Assembly (NCBI GenBank): GCA_964016885.1
Contig: OZ024740.1
Span: forward strand, 412,052,001 to 412,116,000
Reading direction: 5' to 3'
DNA: 64,000 nt
DNA from: Eledone cirrhosa
Lineage: Eukaryota
Part shown: piece by piece, positions 24,700-38,357 of the stretch
How positions within the stretch are numbered: position 1 is the stretch's first letter
How the letters are laid out: every line of letters begins with the position of its first letter
Position numbers and translations under genes: made by a program
The notes under the pieces: generated by a model
The model's database searches: none
Told to the model about the DNA's origin: nothing
The model's input: the letters and a program-made list of their open reading frames with translations, nothing else

Positions 24700-25523
24700 A
24701 TATATATATATAAGTATGTATACGTACATACATATATGTATACAGACGTACAGTAGTATGTATATATATATATATATATACATACATGCACACATATATA
24801 TATGTACGTGTGGATTTACCGAACATTTATTATAATGCTCGGTGTGTTTGTAAACAAACATCCCGAATTAAGCCGTGCAGTGTTTAGCAACCATCGTTGC
24901 CTTTTGGTTCAACATGACAAAGGAACGATGTACTAGTTTCAAGCGTACATATATATATGTGTGCATGTATGTGTATATATATATACATACTACTGTACGT
25001 CTGTATACATATATGTATGTACGTATACATACTTATATTTAAGTAACAGCCGTACTAGAGTGAGAAATGAAATTTCGTTTCACTTTTTCCGTTTATCGTT
25101 TTCGGTGCGCCCGGTCGATTAACTCACTCGATATGCAAATTAGGCTGCTCAGCTGTTAATATGCATAAGGAAAGTATATACTTTCAGACGGTCAATCATC
25201 TGGCAGGAAGGTATACGGTGCTGACGATAGCTAATAAGCTTGAAACTAGTACCGTGTTCCTTTGTCAGTGTTGAACAAAAGGGCAACGATGGTTGCTAGA
25301 CACTGTACGGCTTAATTCGGGATGTTTGTTTACAAGCACACCGAGCATTATAATAAATGTTCGGTAAATCCATACGTAACATATATATGTGTGCATGTAT
25401 GTATATATATATACATACTACTGTACGTCTGTATACATGTATGTATTACGTATACATACTTATATTTAAGTAACAACAGTACTAACAGTGAGAAATGAAA
25501 TTTCGTTTCATTTTTTCCGTTTA
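24700..25523 (+). mobile_element. Non-coding retrozyme/PLE-like unit with direct and inverted repeats
   Basis: Direct repeats 24946-25095 and 25377-25523; inverted copy 24700-24944 vs 25238-25465; hammerhead at 25215. Confidence 0.8.
25215..25255 (+). ncRNA. Minimal type I hammerhead ribozyme
   Basis: ACGGTG-CTGACGA-TAGCT AATA AGCTT-GAAAC-TA-GTA^-CCGT with palindromic stem III ACTAGT. The inverted copy reads GTA-CATCGT, which restores stem I. Confidence 0.8.
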
Positions 25524-25625
25524 TGTATATATATATATAAAATATAATCAATTTGCACTAAAACCTTTCTATAACAACCTATAAATAACCTTTTACCCAT
25601 ATATGGCTATCTTATAACCTTATAT

Positions 25626-25751
25626 GGACAACTTTTAATTTTGCCGACACGTCAATCACCTAAGTGACACGATGTCCAGTAAACTGCAAATAGTTGTGTC
25701 AACAGTATGAAATTAGCTGTCGAAACGGCAAGACGTCAGCCGTCTTGTCCT
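25626..25751 (+). ncRNA. Degenerate hammerhead related to family A (core apparently deleted)
   Basis: GGACAA/TTGTCC stem I and GAAAC-GGC-AAGACGTCA-GCC-GTC are present; CUGANGA is missing. Confidence 0.5.
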
Positions 25752-25782
25752 GGATATATATATATATATAATATAGAAATGG

Positions 25783-25833
25783 CTTCTACAGGACTAGAGA
25801 TGTTTCATTCGGGAGATATCACCAGGAAGTCGG
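25783..25833 (-). ncRNA. Degenerate hammerhead (same family as 33237)
   Basis: Minus strand reads CTTC-CTGGTGA..GAAAC..GTA-GAAG. Confidence 0.45.
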
Positions 25834-27042
25834 CTGTCCAAGTAATATGGTGGTATTTATACATTTTCTGGTAGTAGGAGAGGGTGGTGATTGGGATGAG
25901 TGGAGGTCGTTGGTTGATGGATTTAAAGAAAAGGGAATATCTATATATATATTTACAGGCAAAAGGATGTGAGAATCGAGAAACTAATCTGAAGAGATAT
26001 GTTGGTACAGAAATATCGGGGAAAATGCATAACAGACACTTTGATAATGATACAAGGAAATCCGTAAAAATATTTAACTGAGCGTTTGTCAAAATATATT
26101 ACAACAAAAGAGAGAGAATAGGACGAAATAATACTAATTTCATTGAATACTCACAATACAAAATAACGCACTGTAAAATTACCTTCTACAGGAGGTAAGT
26201 GCCCAGAATATGATTACAATAGTAATAATACTAAAATCATCAAAAATGCAAATATATATTCCGGTTAATGAAATGTTAGAATTTAGGTGCTGTGATAGAA
26301 TTTAGGTGCTGTGATAGAATTGGGATGGAATAGTTCTGTTAAAATTCTATATATTTGCTATCGTGTTTGGAATTACAGCATCAATTACACATGCTAAGTA
26401 CAGGATTTCATTTCATAATGCAGTATTCTATATGCAGAAAAATGTGCATCGGTATAAAATTTACACAAACCCATCAAAAGATAGAAAAAAATACCAGCGG
26501 AAAAAATAGGAAAAAAACAAGTACACATGTTATGCACCAATTAGATAACGTTAATGCATTTAATCGAAAAGAAAATGTGTATATACAATCAAATTATTGA
26601 GAGAGAAAACAAATAAATATTAACAAAACACATGATTTGTGAATTTGTATTTTAAGTGTGAGCAAGCATGCATGTGTTTGTTTCTGTGTATAAGTGTATT
26701 CTATGCGATTAATGTCATGGGTAGACTAAGCTCTTGTAATGGATAGCGCAAAAAACCATACGTTTCATTTTTTTCCTCTGATGCTTAATGCATTTTTTCT
26801 TAGAATGAAAATATTATAAAGAAAAAACAACACATTCAGAATAAACAGAAAATGATAAAACAGTTCGAGCAAACAATGCATAGAGGAATATCTAGCGATT
26901 TGAGGAGTTTTTACACAACAAAATTGGGTATACATACACGTATAGAAATAAAGAGTTAAACCGACACGCACAATGACTCAGACACACATACACATGCACC
27001 CACACAAACTCAGACACCCAGACACAGACACAGACACACACA

Positions 27043-27104
<62 letters not shown>

Positions 27105-27129
27105 TATATATATATATATATATATATAT

Positions 27130-27672
27130 TGGTGTGTTTAATGGTGGGTATGATGCTTCCATAGGCGGTATGCCAGTTGAGCACTCTATGTTCTTACAGA
27201 GCAGAGTGTGATATAATATAAAACGAAAAATAAGTGATACATCTAGACTCAGTTCATTGTGTTACAATTGTTTCGCCGGCAGATAGATCGAGACACGATC
27301 ATTGTATGGATCTGTCTGATTCTAGATCTGCAGATTCTTCGGACACATGCAATACTTCCGGAACACATTTTCTCACTGGGGTGTTATCTTCAAAAAACAT
27401 CTTGCACTCTTGTCTTGCTATTGGCTGTCGAAAACAACAGCCAATAGCAATAGAAAAACAACACCCAATACCAAGACAAGATGTGTTTTTATGCTAACAC
27501 CCCAGTGAGAAAATGTGTTCCGAAAATATTGCATGTGTCCGGAGAACCTGCAGATCTAGAATCAGAGAAATCCATACAATGATCGTTTCTCGAGGTATCT
27601 GCCGGCGAAACAATTGTAACAGACAATAAACTGTGTCCAAAGGCATCACTGATTTTTCGTTTTATATTATAT
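27130..27672. mobile_element. Fold-back element with half-hammerhead arms and unpaired tail
   Basis: Arms are 27211-~27405 and ~27476-27672. GAAACAATTGTA lies at 27607-27618 with its antisense in the left arm; the tail is 27130-27210. Confidence 0.85.
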
Positions 27673-27674
27673 TA

Positions 27675-27707
<33 letters not shown>

Positions 27708-28668
27708 AAGTTTTCGTTGGAAATTGAAAAACTCATAGGAGTGAAGAGTGCTCTATGTAAGTATCAGAGCTAAATTTAATGTATAATAAACAATACAATA
27801 TAATTATCTCATTACTAGGTGTTTCCCGAATAAGACGAATACAAGAAACGTCCTCATTCGTTCGTCGGACAAGGTAATTTAAAGCATACTGAAATATTTG
27901 AAAAATCTCCTCAAGAGAGGCAAAAGTTTAACGGGCCAAAAATATATATATATTAAATAAAAGTAATGCAAGAGATATATGAAAATAAAATAAGGAAATA
28001 TAGTAAGGGTATGTGTATAAATGTGTGTATATGCACCTACAAATGTACATATGTGTGTATGTAAAAATGCATGTGTATATTGAAAGAATGTGTGCGTCAG
28101 TACATATATGAGGGCAAGCATATCAGTGTATGTGTGACCAAAAATACGTATATAATATATGTTGAAAAAGAAATTGTAATATAATAGAGTTAACGTACAT
28201 CCAGACTCAGGTATTAAGGATTGAAATATATACACATACAATTGTGAAATCAAGCGTATAAACACACACACACGCGCGCAACCACATACATGCGAGGGAT
28301 ATATACAGGGAAGGGAGTGTATCAGTCAAAGCAGTGTCCGTCTGAAGGTCGATGCACATATAAAAATGAAAAAAATGAAAAAAATATATGAGAATAAAAA
28401 ATTAAAAAAAGTTAAATCAAAGAGAAAGTAAGAGGGAGGGGTTATCAATTATAAAGTAACACTAGTAAAAATAGAAAACAAACATAGGTTCGTACGTACA
28501 CATATATATATATAAAAATATATATAAATACGTACAGACAAAAGCACGTACATGCGTACATACATACAAAGGCGTGCATACATACACAAAATGCACATAT
28601 ATATATACGCACATGTATATCTAATCACACGCACACACGCGACTATATATATATACACACATACATAC

Positions 28669-28770
<102 letters not shown>

Positions 28771-29229
28771 GTATATATACATATACATACACACATACAC
28801 ACACACACGTATATAAAAGTATGTAAAAAACATAGATATAAAAACACACATACACACACACACGCACATACGAATGCATTCGTATACATATACAAACACG
28901 CATATACACACATGCACACTCACACGCATAGATACAAATTAAAAACCAGCCGTATGAATAAATAAAAGCGGCTGAGAGACAACATAATATATCTGGAGTT
29001 GAAAACGTAAGTGACATGTTATATCAGTTAGTGAAAGAAAATGGGGAAGTATAATGTGTGGAATTGTGAAGATATAAGGTAAGTAAATCAAAAAGCAGAG
29101 GGGGGGGGGGCACTGGTGGATGTGAAGTAAAAATAAAGTTAAAGATAAAAATAAAAGTAAATCAGAAAGAGAAGTCTGTAAAGAGAGTAATTTAAGGAAA
29201 GTGAAGAACAAGAGTTTATGGAGGATAAG

Positions 29230-30150
29230 TATCTGAAAGTGAGTTAAGTTTATATGAGCTGGAAAGCAAGCGTGATTTCATGTGTGTGCAACTGGTGAAC
29301 ATTCTGTTTTTGCATTCAGGCAGGTTTTTGGTGATTTAATGTTCTGTAAAGTCCAATATTTTTCACTTATGCAGAGTGCGCATCTTTTGTTCCTCTTGCA
29401 TATTCTTTAGATTGGTTCAAAATTGACCAATCTAATTCATATTGGATACCTTGGTCTTTCAAATCCCATATTCTGCTAGCCAGAGCTGTTGTAAATCATA
29501 TTTCAGGATGTCCGAAAGATGCGACATGTGAGTAATAACGCGTTTTGAATTTGTCTTGTGTCATACCCACATATCGTTCGCTGGTGGCTGGTAGGTTGTT
29601 GTTGGTGGTTGTCACTTTAGCCGCATATACAATGGATTTGGTGTTGCATTTACCTTATAATGGGCATTCACTTTTGACTCTACAGGAGCAATTTTTATGT
29701 TCTCTGGGTATTTTCTTATTGGGGATATAAGATTTAATAGGGGGACCGCAGGAGTAGCTGATTTTGACACTGTTTCTATTGAAATCTTATAGTATCTATG
29801 TGTACTAGGGAAATGATTATCTAAGAGCTCTAGCAATATTTTGCCTACATTAGTTTTAACTGCTAAAGAGTAGGGGTGTGTGAACCGGATTATTTTTCTT
29901 TTCCTATTATTATGTTTAAATGAGTTAGTATTTTGGGGTATCTACTTAATCGGTTAGCTAAATCCGCTAATTTCAAGGGCTTTATTATATTAGGGGGATG
30001 CCTTATTTAGCTTCTGAGGAATAGAGGGTGGAGATCCTACGGCTAATATTAGGGATAAGATTTTTAAAAACTATAGAAGTATGGCAAGAGCCTATATTTA
30101 TATATTTTAAATTTTTATTAGGTTTATGGTACGGTTTATAAGAAGAGGAT
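29230..30150 (-). pseudogene. PLE RT thumb/linker + GIY-YIG endonuclease remnant
   Basis: Reads YKPYHKPN..KYINIGSCH..NISRRIS, RKRKIIRFTHPYSLAVKTNVGKILLELLDNHFP, NRNSVKISYSC, CSCRVKSECPL*GKC, SIVYAAKV..RYVGMTQDKFKTRYYSHVASF and CALCISEK. Confidence 0.9.
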
Positions 30151-30405
30151 TCAAAGAAACACTTTAAACGATTAATCGTTTGATTTTTCCAGGTGTATTT
30201 TTCTCAACCTGTTAGTTCAATCGTTACTTTGGTATATTATTGTGTGTTAGATTTGCCTACCACAATGTTCGATTTGTCAAACTATTTAAACGTATGTTAT
30301 TACTCTAAGGCCCTAACTGATCGAGTGCTTTGCTAACTCATCATTTCATATAAGTAGGCCGAATTTACTTGCAAACAGCCAGAGATTCGATTTTACTAAA
30401 TTTCC

Positions 30406-30458
<53 letters not shown>

Positions 30459-30488
30459 CTCAGCCGGATGGCTGAAACAGGTAAAAGA

Positions 30489-30528
<40 letters not shown>

Positions 30529-30530
<2 letters not shown>

Positions 30531-30716
30531 CAAAGGAATTGTGGTAAGGAACCAAATGGACCATAACACACCAGAGTACTCAATACTTAGGGTAGTAGAG
30601 TAGGATATAGGAAAAAGTATGACCCCGACGGCAGAGCTCAAGCCGTTTCGACGGCGAGTCCAGAAATAACCGTCGAGAAGGATTTAGCTCTGCCGTCGGG
30701 GTCATACTTTTTTCCT
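30529..30716 (-). mobile_element. Family A mini-element, hairpin form
   Basis: Inverted tail plus an imperfect palindrome 30609-30716 centred on GAGTCCAGAAAT. Confidence 0.85.
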
Positions 30717-30724
30717 ATATACTT

Positions 30725-31050
30725 AAGACAAATTCAAAACGCGTTATTACTCACATGTCGCATCTTTCCGACATCCTGATAAGAGATTTACAACAGCTCC
30801 CGCTAGCAGAATATGGGATTTGAATGATCAAGGTATCCAATATAAATTAGATTGGTCAATTTTGAACCAATCTAAACAATATGCAAGAAGAACAAGAAGA
30901 TGCGCACTCTGCATAAGTGAAAAATATTGGACTTTACATGATCTTAAATCACCAAAAACCTGCCTAAATGCTAAAACAGAAATTTTCACCAGTTGCCCAC
31001 ACATGAAATCAAACTTGCTTTCCAGCTCATACAAACTTAATTCATTTTCA
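30725..31050 (+). pseudogene. Inverted duplicate of PLE2 GIY-YIG C-terminal part
   Basis: ORF 30820-31068 reads QGIQYKLDWSILNQSKQYARRTRRCALCISEK..LNAKTEIFTSCPH. Confidence 0.85.
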
Positions 31051-31480
31051 GATACTTATCCTCCATAAACTCTTGTTCTTCACTTTCCTTAAATTACTCT
31101 CTTTACAGAATTCCCTTTCTGATTTACTTTTATTTTTATTTTTAACTTTATTTTTACTTCACATCCACCAGTGACCCCCCCCCTCCTGCTTTTAGATTCA
31201 CTTACCTTATATCTTCACAATTCCACACATTTTACTTCCCCATTTTCTTTCACTACCTGATATCACATGTCACTTACGTTTTCAACTCCAGATATATTCT
31301 GTTGTCTCTCAGTCGCTTTTATGTATGTTTACTTGCGTATAATTTGTACTCATTTATTCATACGGCTGGTTTTTAATTTGTATCTATGCGTGTGAGTGTG
31401 CATGTGTGTGTATATGTGTGTGTTTTTATATCTATGTTTTTTACATACTTATATATACGTGTGTATGTGTGTATGTATAT

Positions 31481-31512
<32 letters not shown>

Positions 31513-31664
31513 ATGTATGTTTGTATATATATATATAGTCGCGTGTGTGCGTGTGATTAGATATACATGTACGTATATATATATATATGTGCTTCGTGTG
31601 TATGTATGCGCGCCTTTATATGTATGTACGCATCTATGTGCTTTTGTCTACGTATTTATATATA

Positions 31665-31717
<53 letters not shown>

Positions 31718-32281
31718 ACGTACGAACCTATGTTTGATTTCTATTTTTTCTAGAGTTACTTTATAATTGATAACCATTTATTTTCTCTTTGATTTAAACA
31801 TATTTTTTTCTTTATTCTCATATATTTTTTCATTTTTTCATTTTATATATGTATCGACCTTCAGACTGACACGGCTTTGACTAATACACTCCCTTCCCTG
31901 TATTTCATACTTGTATGTGTATATATTTCAATCCTTAATACCTGAGTCTGGATGTACGTTAACTCTATTATCTTACAATTTCTTTTTCAACAGATATTAT
32001 ATACGTATTTGTGGTCACACATACACTGATATGCTTGCCCTCATATATGTACCTACACACACATTTTTTCACTATACACATGCATTTGTACATACACACA
32101 TATGTACATTTGTGAGTGAATATACACACATTTATACACATACCCTTACTATATTTCCTTATTTTCTGTTTATATATCTCTTGCATTACTTTTACTTATA
32201 TATATATATATTTTGCCCGTTAAACTTTTGCCATTCTTGAGGAGATTTTTCAAATATTTCACTATGTTTAAATTACCTTGT

Positions 32282-32345
32282 CTGACGAACGAATGAGGAC
32301 GTTTCTTGTATTCGTCTTATTCGGTAAACCTCTGGTAATGAGGTA
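32282..32345 (+). ncRNA. Degenerate hammerhead at PLE2 3' end (mirror copy ~27805-27870 on minus strand)
   Basis: CTGACGA-A-CGAATGAGGACG..CGTCTTATTCGG-TAAAC-CTC..GAG-GTA. The mirror copy has GAAAC but CCGACGA; stem I is poor. Confidence 0.6.
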
Positions 32346-32361
32346 ATTATATTGTATTGTT

Positions 32362-32435
<74 letters not shown>

Positions 32436-32544
32436 CTCGTGTTGGATACTTAAAGCGTCCGTATGCGGTAGGCCGTATGAGCACGCGATGCTCTCGTGGA
32501 GCAGAGTAAGATATAAAAAAAGATCTGCTTCGTAGAATCGAGAC

Positions 32545-32634
32545 GTATCTGACGACCGGGAGATTTCAGTGTAAGGTATGATCAACTCATCGATTATGCC
32601 TGGATCTGGTCGCCCGAGTAATATTTGTAATATT
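32545..32634 (+). ncRNA. Degenerate hammerhead candidate
   Basis: GTAT-CTGACGA-CCGGG...CCCGA-GTAA(for GAAA)-TATTT-GTA-ATAT. Confidence 0.35.
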
Positions 32635-32698
32635 TCAAATACATTTCTTTCGTCGCAACACTGATTCTCTTTTTTTTGTGATATATATATATATATAT

Positions 32699-33087
32699 AT
32701 TTATTAAAATTACAGATCAAAGTTTAAGCAAAGAATCGCTGCTTTCACCCTTAATAGGATCTTCTGAAACTAAAAAAGTCAATCTGTGAAGCAGAAGTAA
32801 ATATTTCCGTTCTTTTCCAGGGAACGTTTCTACGAACCAAAGTATCGTCTTCCTGTCTTCCTTCTGTTGCAACCTTTTTTGAAATATTTACTTCTGCACT
32901 TCTGCGTACACAGATTGACTTTTTTAGTTTCAGAAGATCCTGTTAAGGGTGAACGCAGCGATTCTTTGCTTAAACTTTAATCTGTTATTTTAATAAATAT
33001 TTGCTCTATGGTTCTTATATATCTGATATATATTTATCCTTATCGAGCCCTCTTTAGATTCCAGTCTTCAAATTTATTATTATTACT
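32699..33087 (+). mobile_element. Fold-back element with unpaired tail
   Basis: Arms are 32699-32807 and 32881-32999; tail 33000-33087; (TA)n flanks. Confidence 0.8.
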
Positions 33088-33102
33088 ATATATATATTTA
33101 TG

Positions 33103-33170
<68 letters not shown>

Positions 33171-33236
33171 ATATATGCTATAGATATAGATATATATACA
33201 TATATATATATATTTAATATAGACATGGAGAAATGG

Positions 33237-33285
33237 CTTCTACAGAACTACAACTGTTTCTCATTCGAGAGAAATCATCAGAAAG
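33237..33285 (-). ncRNA. Type I hammerhead candidate
   Basis: Minus strand reads CTTT-CTGATGA-TTTCTCTCGAATGA-GAAAC-AG..CT-GTA^-GAAG; stem II is weak. Confidence 0.6.
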
Positions 33286-33901
33286 TCGCATATATATATA
33301 TATATATGCAAAACTAAACAGAAGTAACTAAGCTAACGACACAGTACAGTGATGAAATATATTAGTTTAACGCTTGATAGAGTAGGGTAAATGTCATAAG
33401 ATCAGGGCACAAATCCTTCATCAGAAGGTAAAATGAGATTTAGAAGATGAATAGATAGGAAGAGAAAACATTTTTTTCGAGAAATAATCCAAGAATTACT
33501 ATCATTTGCCAAATTATAACAGCTATGAAAAGTGTATATCACTTCATAACCTTGAATGTCTACGAGAATTTCAAAATGTGGACTTTTACACGTAACATTT
33601 TAGTATGAGTTGTAGTAGCCTCCCTCACACACACATAAATACACACACTTGCACACATAAATACTCACACTCACGCACATCCACACAAACCCTCATACTT
33701 ACACACACACACATATATATATATATTCCACGAAACACAAGAAAAACCTAAATTTTGATTTTTAGTGTTTAGAATAATATAAATATTCTTGAAGTTATAT
33801 CTGTATCTATACAGCTTGGGTAAACGAGATTGCTCTAATGGGTATACATGTAAACATGTGTACGTTCATGTATACATTAGCGCACTCTCAGTTACATTTT
33901 T

Positions 33902-33934
<33 letters not shown>

Positions 33935-34285
33935 CTTTATCGTCTACTTCGGCACGCTTGGCACCCTTCTTAATATAAATCTTTCATTAATATAATATGC
34001 AACTCGCTGAATCAAAAGCTATATAATCAAATTAATATTTCTTATAAAAAGAAATAGCAGAATAGTTATGAGCTATTGAAAGAAACGTGAGCTTTTTTCA
34101 GTAAATGGAAAACTATTATATTTATGATAAATTTCTACACTGTTGAGGAATAAAGAAACTGTCAATAGACAATTCATGGTTTTTCCAAATATATTAAACA
34201 ATTGGTTGCTGAAATTATACTGATATGTAAAACGTAATGCTACTGGAGTGTTAAATATGATCACATAATTGAAATAAATGTTCTA

Positions 34286-34326
<41 letters not shown>

Positions 34327-35126
34327 GTTGATTTGTATCGGTGATAGGTCTGCAAAAGCGGTGGTACAACAGCCGCCGTGGATTGACTATTTACGGTGTC
34401 AGACAAAAGCTTATGCAGAATATATCTCTTATTATCTGTTTAATACAAACCCCATTAAGTACTATTCAAATGCGGGCGTTGATTCATAGACCATACTACA
34501 AGGCACAATAAGCTGAGGCCGTTTGCTTACGTTAGCAGTTTTTGAGGTTTTGTTATCATAAATCAGTTTTGTTAGAGCTTCGGACTAAATGATTTACAAC
34601 ATTCATATACACCTTTCTACGCTCTGAGTTGAAGTGCCAGCGAGGGAGTCAATGTAATAAAATACTAGTTAAGTAATGCGGAGGATATTATCGAATTACT
34701 CATTCCTACACATTTCTCATGTGCTGCAAATTTTCAAAAGAATTATTATGATTAAAATTGGCTGAATACCATGATAAAAATTAACTGAAAGATTAAAGAT
34801 GTTTAACACAGTTGATTCTTTTTTCACTTCACACATTTGAAACATCATAGATTTCAGAAAATTGTTTCATCATTGCTTTAAATGAATTATTGGTGAATCC
34901 ATTGACAATACATTGATTTTCTAGCCTTTCATTTCCAGACTAAATTTTGTGCTGATCAAGCAAACTGTATATGGCATATTGTTCAAAAAGTTGTGGCATC
35001 ATTTCTCTCCTCAAACTAAGGTATATAGATATAGTTGTAATCATACCATATATAACTAGATATACAAATTACGCATGCCTATACGTATACCGCTATGTTA
35101 GAGTTAATACCTTTTATACAGACACA

Positions 35127-35189
<63 letters not shown>

Positions 35190-35243
35190 CGTTTCTGAAT
35201 TTGTTTAGCAAGATTTTTTATCTGAAATCGTGTGTTGAAACCG

Positions 35244-35470
35244 ATATTGTTATACTTTGGGAGGGTCATGTTGCCAATAAGAAACAGAGTGTGTGACGAA
35301 AGGACTATGACTATATATAAACAACTATCTGGTTGTGGAACCAACCAACCAGCCAGAAATTTATAAGTTTGTAGATTTGTAAATTTATAAATTTATAAAT
35401 ATATAATAAATTGAAGTGAAAGCAACTGGTGCGTGTGTTTCTTATTGGCAACATGACCCTCCCAAAGTAT

Positions 35471-35478
<8 letters not shown>
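35244..35478 (+). mobile_element. Family B mini-element with 43-bp inverted ends
   Basis: ATATTGTTATACTTTGGGAGGGTCATGTTGCCAATAAGAAACA and its exact reverse complement. The interior is homologous to 63325-63478. Confidence 0.85.
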
Positions 35479-35802
<324 letters not shown>

Positions 35803-37695
35803 AGGAGTTGTGGTAACAAACCAGATGGACGAAACGGCTTGAGCTCTGTCGCCGGGGTTTAACCTTTTCCTATATATATATATATGTGAGTGTGTGTGTA
35901 TACATGTGTGTGTATGTGTGTTTCCAATGCTGAAATAATGTACTGTTTTGTGAGTCCCATAATATACAACTTCGATAAATACTTATATTAATTATCAGAC
36001 TTTACGTCAAGCGGTATTTATATATGTTGTCTGGTGCAGTAAATCCCGGAGGAGCTTATTCGTCTCCAGGTCATAAAAGAGCAGATTTTCTCCAGAAAAA
36101 GCTTGATAGAGTGAGTGAAAAACATATATAGAGGTATAATCGACCCATATAATGTCCTCTTGGTGTGCATTTCGACTTCCAAACGATGCATGTACTGGAA
36201 TTTACTCAGCACCGCTTTTTTTCCATAAATCGAAAATCACTGCTTAATTCAGTGTATAAGAACGAATGAATGTGTGTATTTATCGATACTTCTCCGAGTC
36301 TGTCATGGCTTGCTAGCTTTAAAAGCACGTTTAAATTGAATAAATAAATAAAGTATAATATTAACATATGTTATGAATGTACAATTCTCTATGATCAAAG
36401 AGAGAATATATGAGAGATCAAGAGAAATGTATTGAGCCATAATGAAGAGAGATTTATTGAAAGAGTATAGAAAAAGAAACACAGTGAGAATAAAATAGTT
36501 GGTGCATGAAACGTAACTCCATTTATGTAATTGTGTGAGGGATCTTCACGTGACTAAGAAAAAAATAACTTAAATACATATTCAACTGAATCCAAAAAGT
36601 TAATTGTAGAAAGCTTTTCTGTATTTGTTGCCTGTGTTTTATGATTGATTAAATTTTTTTCTAATTTTCCCAGAAGCAGCTGATAGTATTTCCATACTTG
36701 CTACTTACTACTAGGAATTTCTTTGTTGAAAATGCTTTTAAAATAAATTCTATAGAAATGTAGAAAGATATCTAATGTGAAACCGTGTTATCAGAAGAAA
36801 ACGGAAAATGTAAAAGAAACGAAATATACATTTTTGTCGGATACACTGAAATTAAAAACTAATTAAATTATACATATATAAAAATTATTCATCATCTGTT
36901 TAACATTCAAAAGTAGAGGTTATCTCATTTTTTTTTATTATCTGGTAATGCATTCTGTTAAGATTGTTTTCCCCTACGGTACACATATTTCATTGCAACG
37001 TATAACAGAATCTGAATTGAAAATCAGCTTTAGTTATTAAATTAATACTCTACTATAACAACATTTTATGTACGCATACTGCAATTAAATCATAGGAAAA
37101 CTTATATAAATGTTCTAGATACAACCATACACATTTTGAGATTACCTCTTACTAGATTGCAGGTGGTCTTTCATAAGCACGGCTCCTCAGACAACTATCA
37201 GATTGATCATTATTCGTGACGAATAGCCTTAATTATTACTAATGATACGAAGCGTTTTGATCTACATATGCAATCCTCTACATATTGGAGCATAGTAGAA
37301 CACATATTAATAGTACAAATATCAGTAGCATATTTAATGAGAGCGTTTCAATAATATATAAATTGTACTGTATATATGTAAATGTTGGGACATGCACTCT
37401 CATGGGGTGAAATGCATATAATATTTCCTTATTCAAGCGTAAATCATATACAGAGAAACAGTTGTTTAACTATTCTTAAATATCTGTTTTCAATATATCC
37501 GAGAATAAATATTATATTATGTAATATTATTAGATTATGTAATTAAGAAACCTTATTGTCTGTATAACAAATAATTTTAAATTGGAATGGGGAAAGTCTT
37601 ATTCATATTAATATACAATGATATTGCTCTGTCCTACACCAGCTTGATATATATATATGTGTGTGTGTGTATATGTATATATATATATATATATA

Positions 37696-37882
<187 letters not shown>

Positions 37883-37912
37883 GGTAGAAGAATCTTAGTC
37901 CAGTCTGAGGTA

Positions 37913-37992
37913 TCTTCTGATGAGTTCCGAGCCTCGTAGATTTATCCAAGACCGGATATATCCAAAAAGTGGAAGGAAACCGCCGGTTGAGA
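37913..37992 (+). ncRNA. Type I hammerhead candidate
   Basis: TCTT-CTGATGA-GTTCC...GGAAG-GAAAC-CGCCG-GTT^-GAGA. Confidence 0.6.
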
Positions 37993-38283
37993 CTGACGAT
38001 TTTGTAAAATTTATGTGCATTATTTCTTCTAGCTTCAAATTTGTACCTAATTCGGTGTAGTTAACTATTTGTCTAGTCAATTTCTACAGGCTAGGAGAAA
38101 TACTAGATAGATTCCATGTAGCTGTACATCGCGGAAAAGCATCTATATCATTTATCTATTATTTCTTCATAAGTAAATTTTAAACTTATAGCTTCCTTTA
38201 AATGATTCTTTTGTGTGGTTAATTTATACTGATTGGGAGAGGAAATACTGTACATATTTTATCTAAAGATTCTTTGGATTTAC

Positions 38284-38357
<74 letters not shown>

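Noticed and set aside
26183-26200. CTACAG-GAG-GTAAGT as a 3-nt microexon
   Set aside because: No supporting gene context; likely chance.
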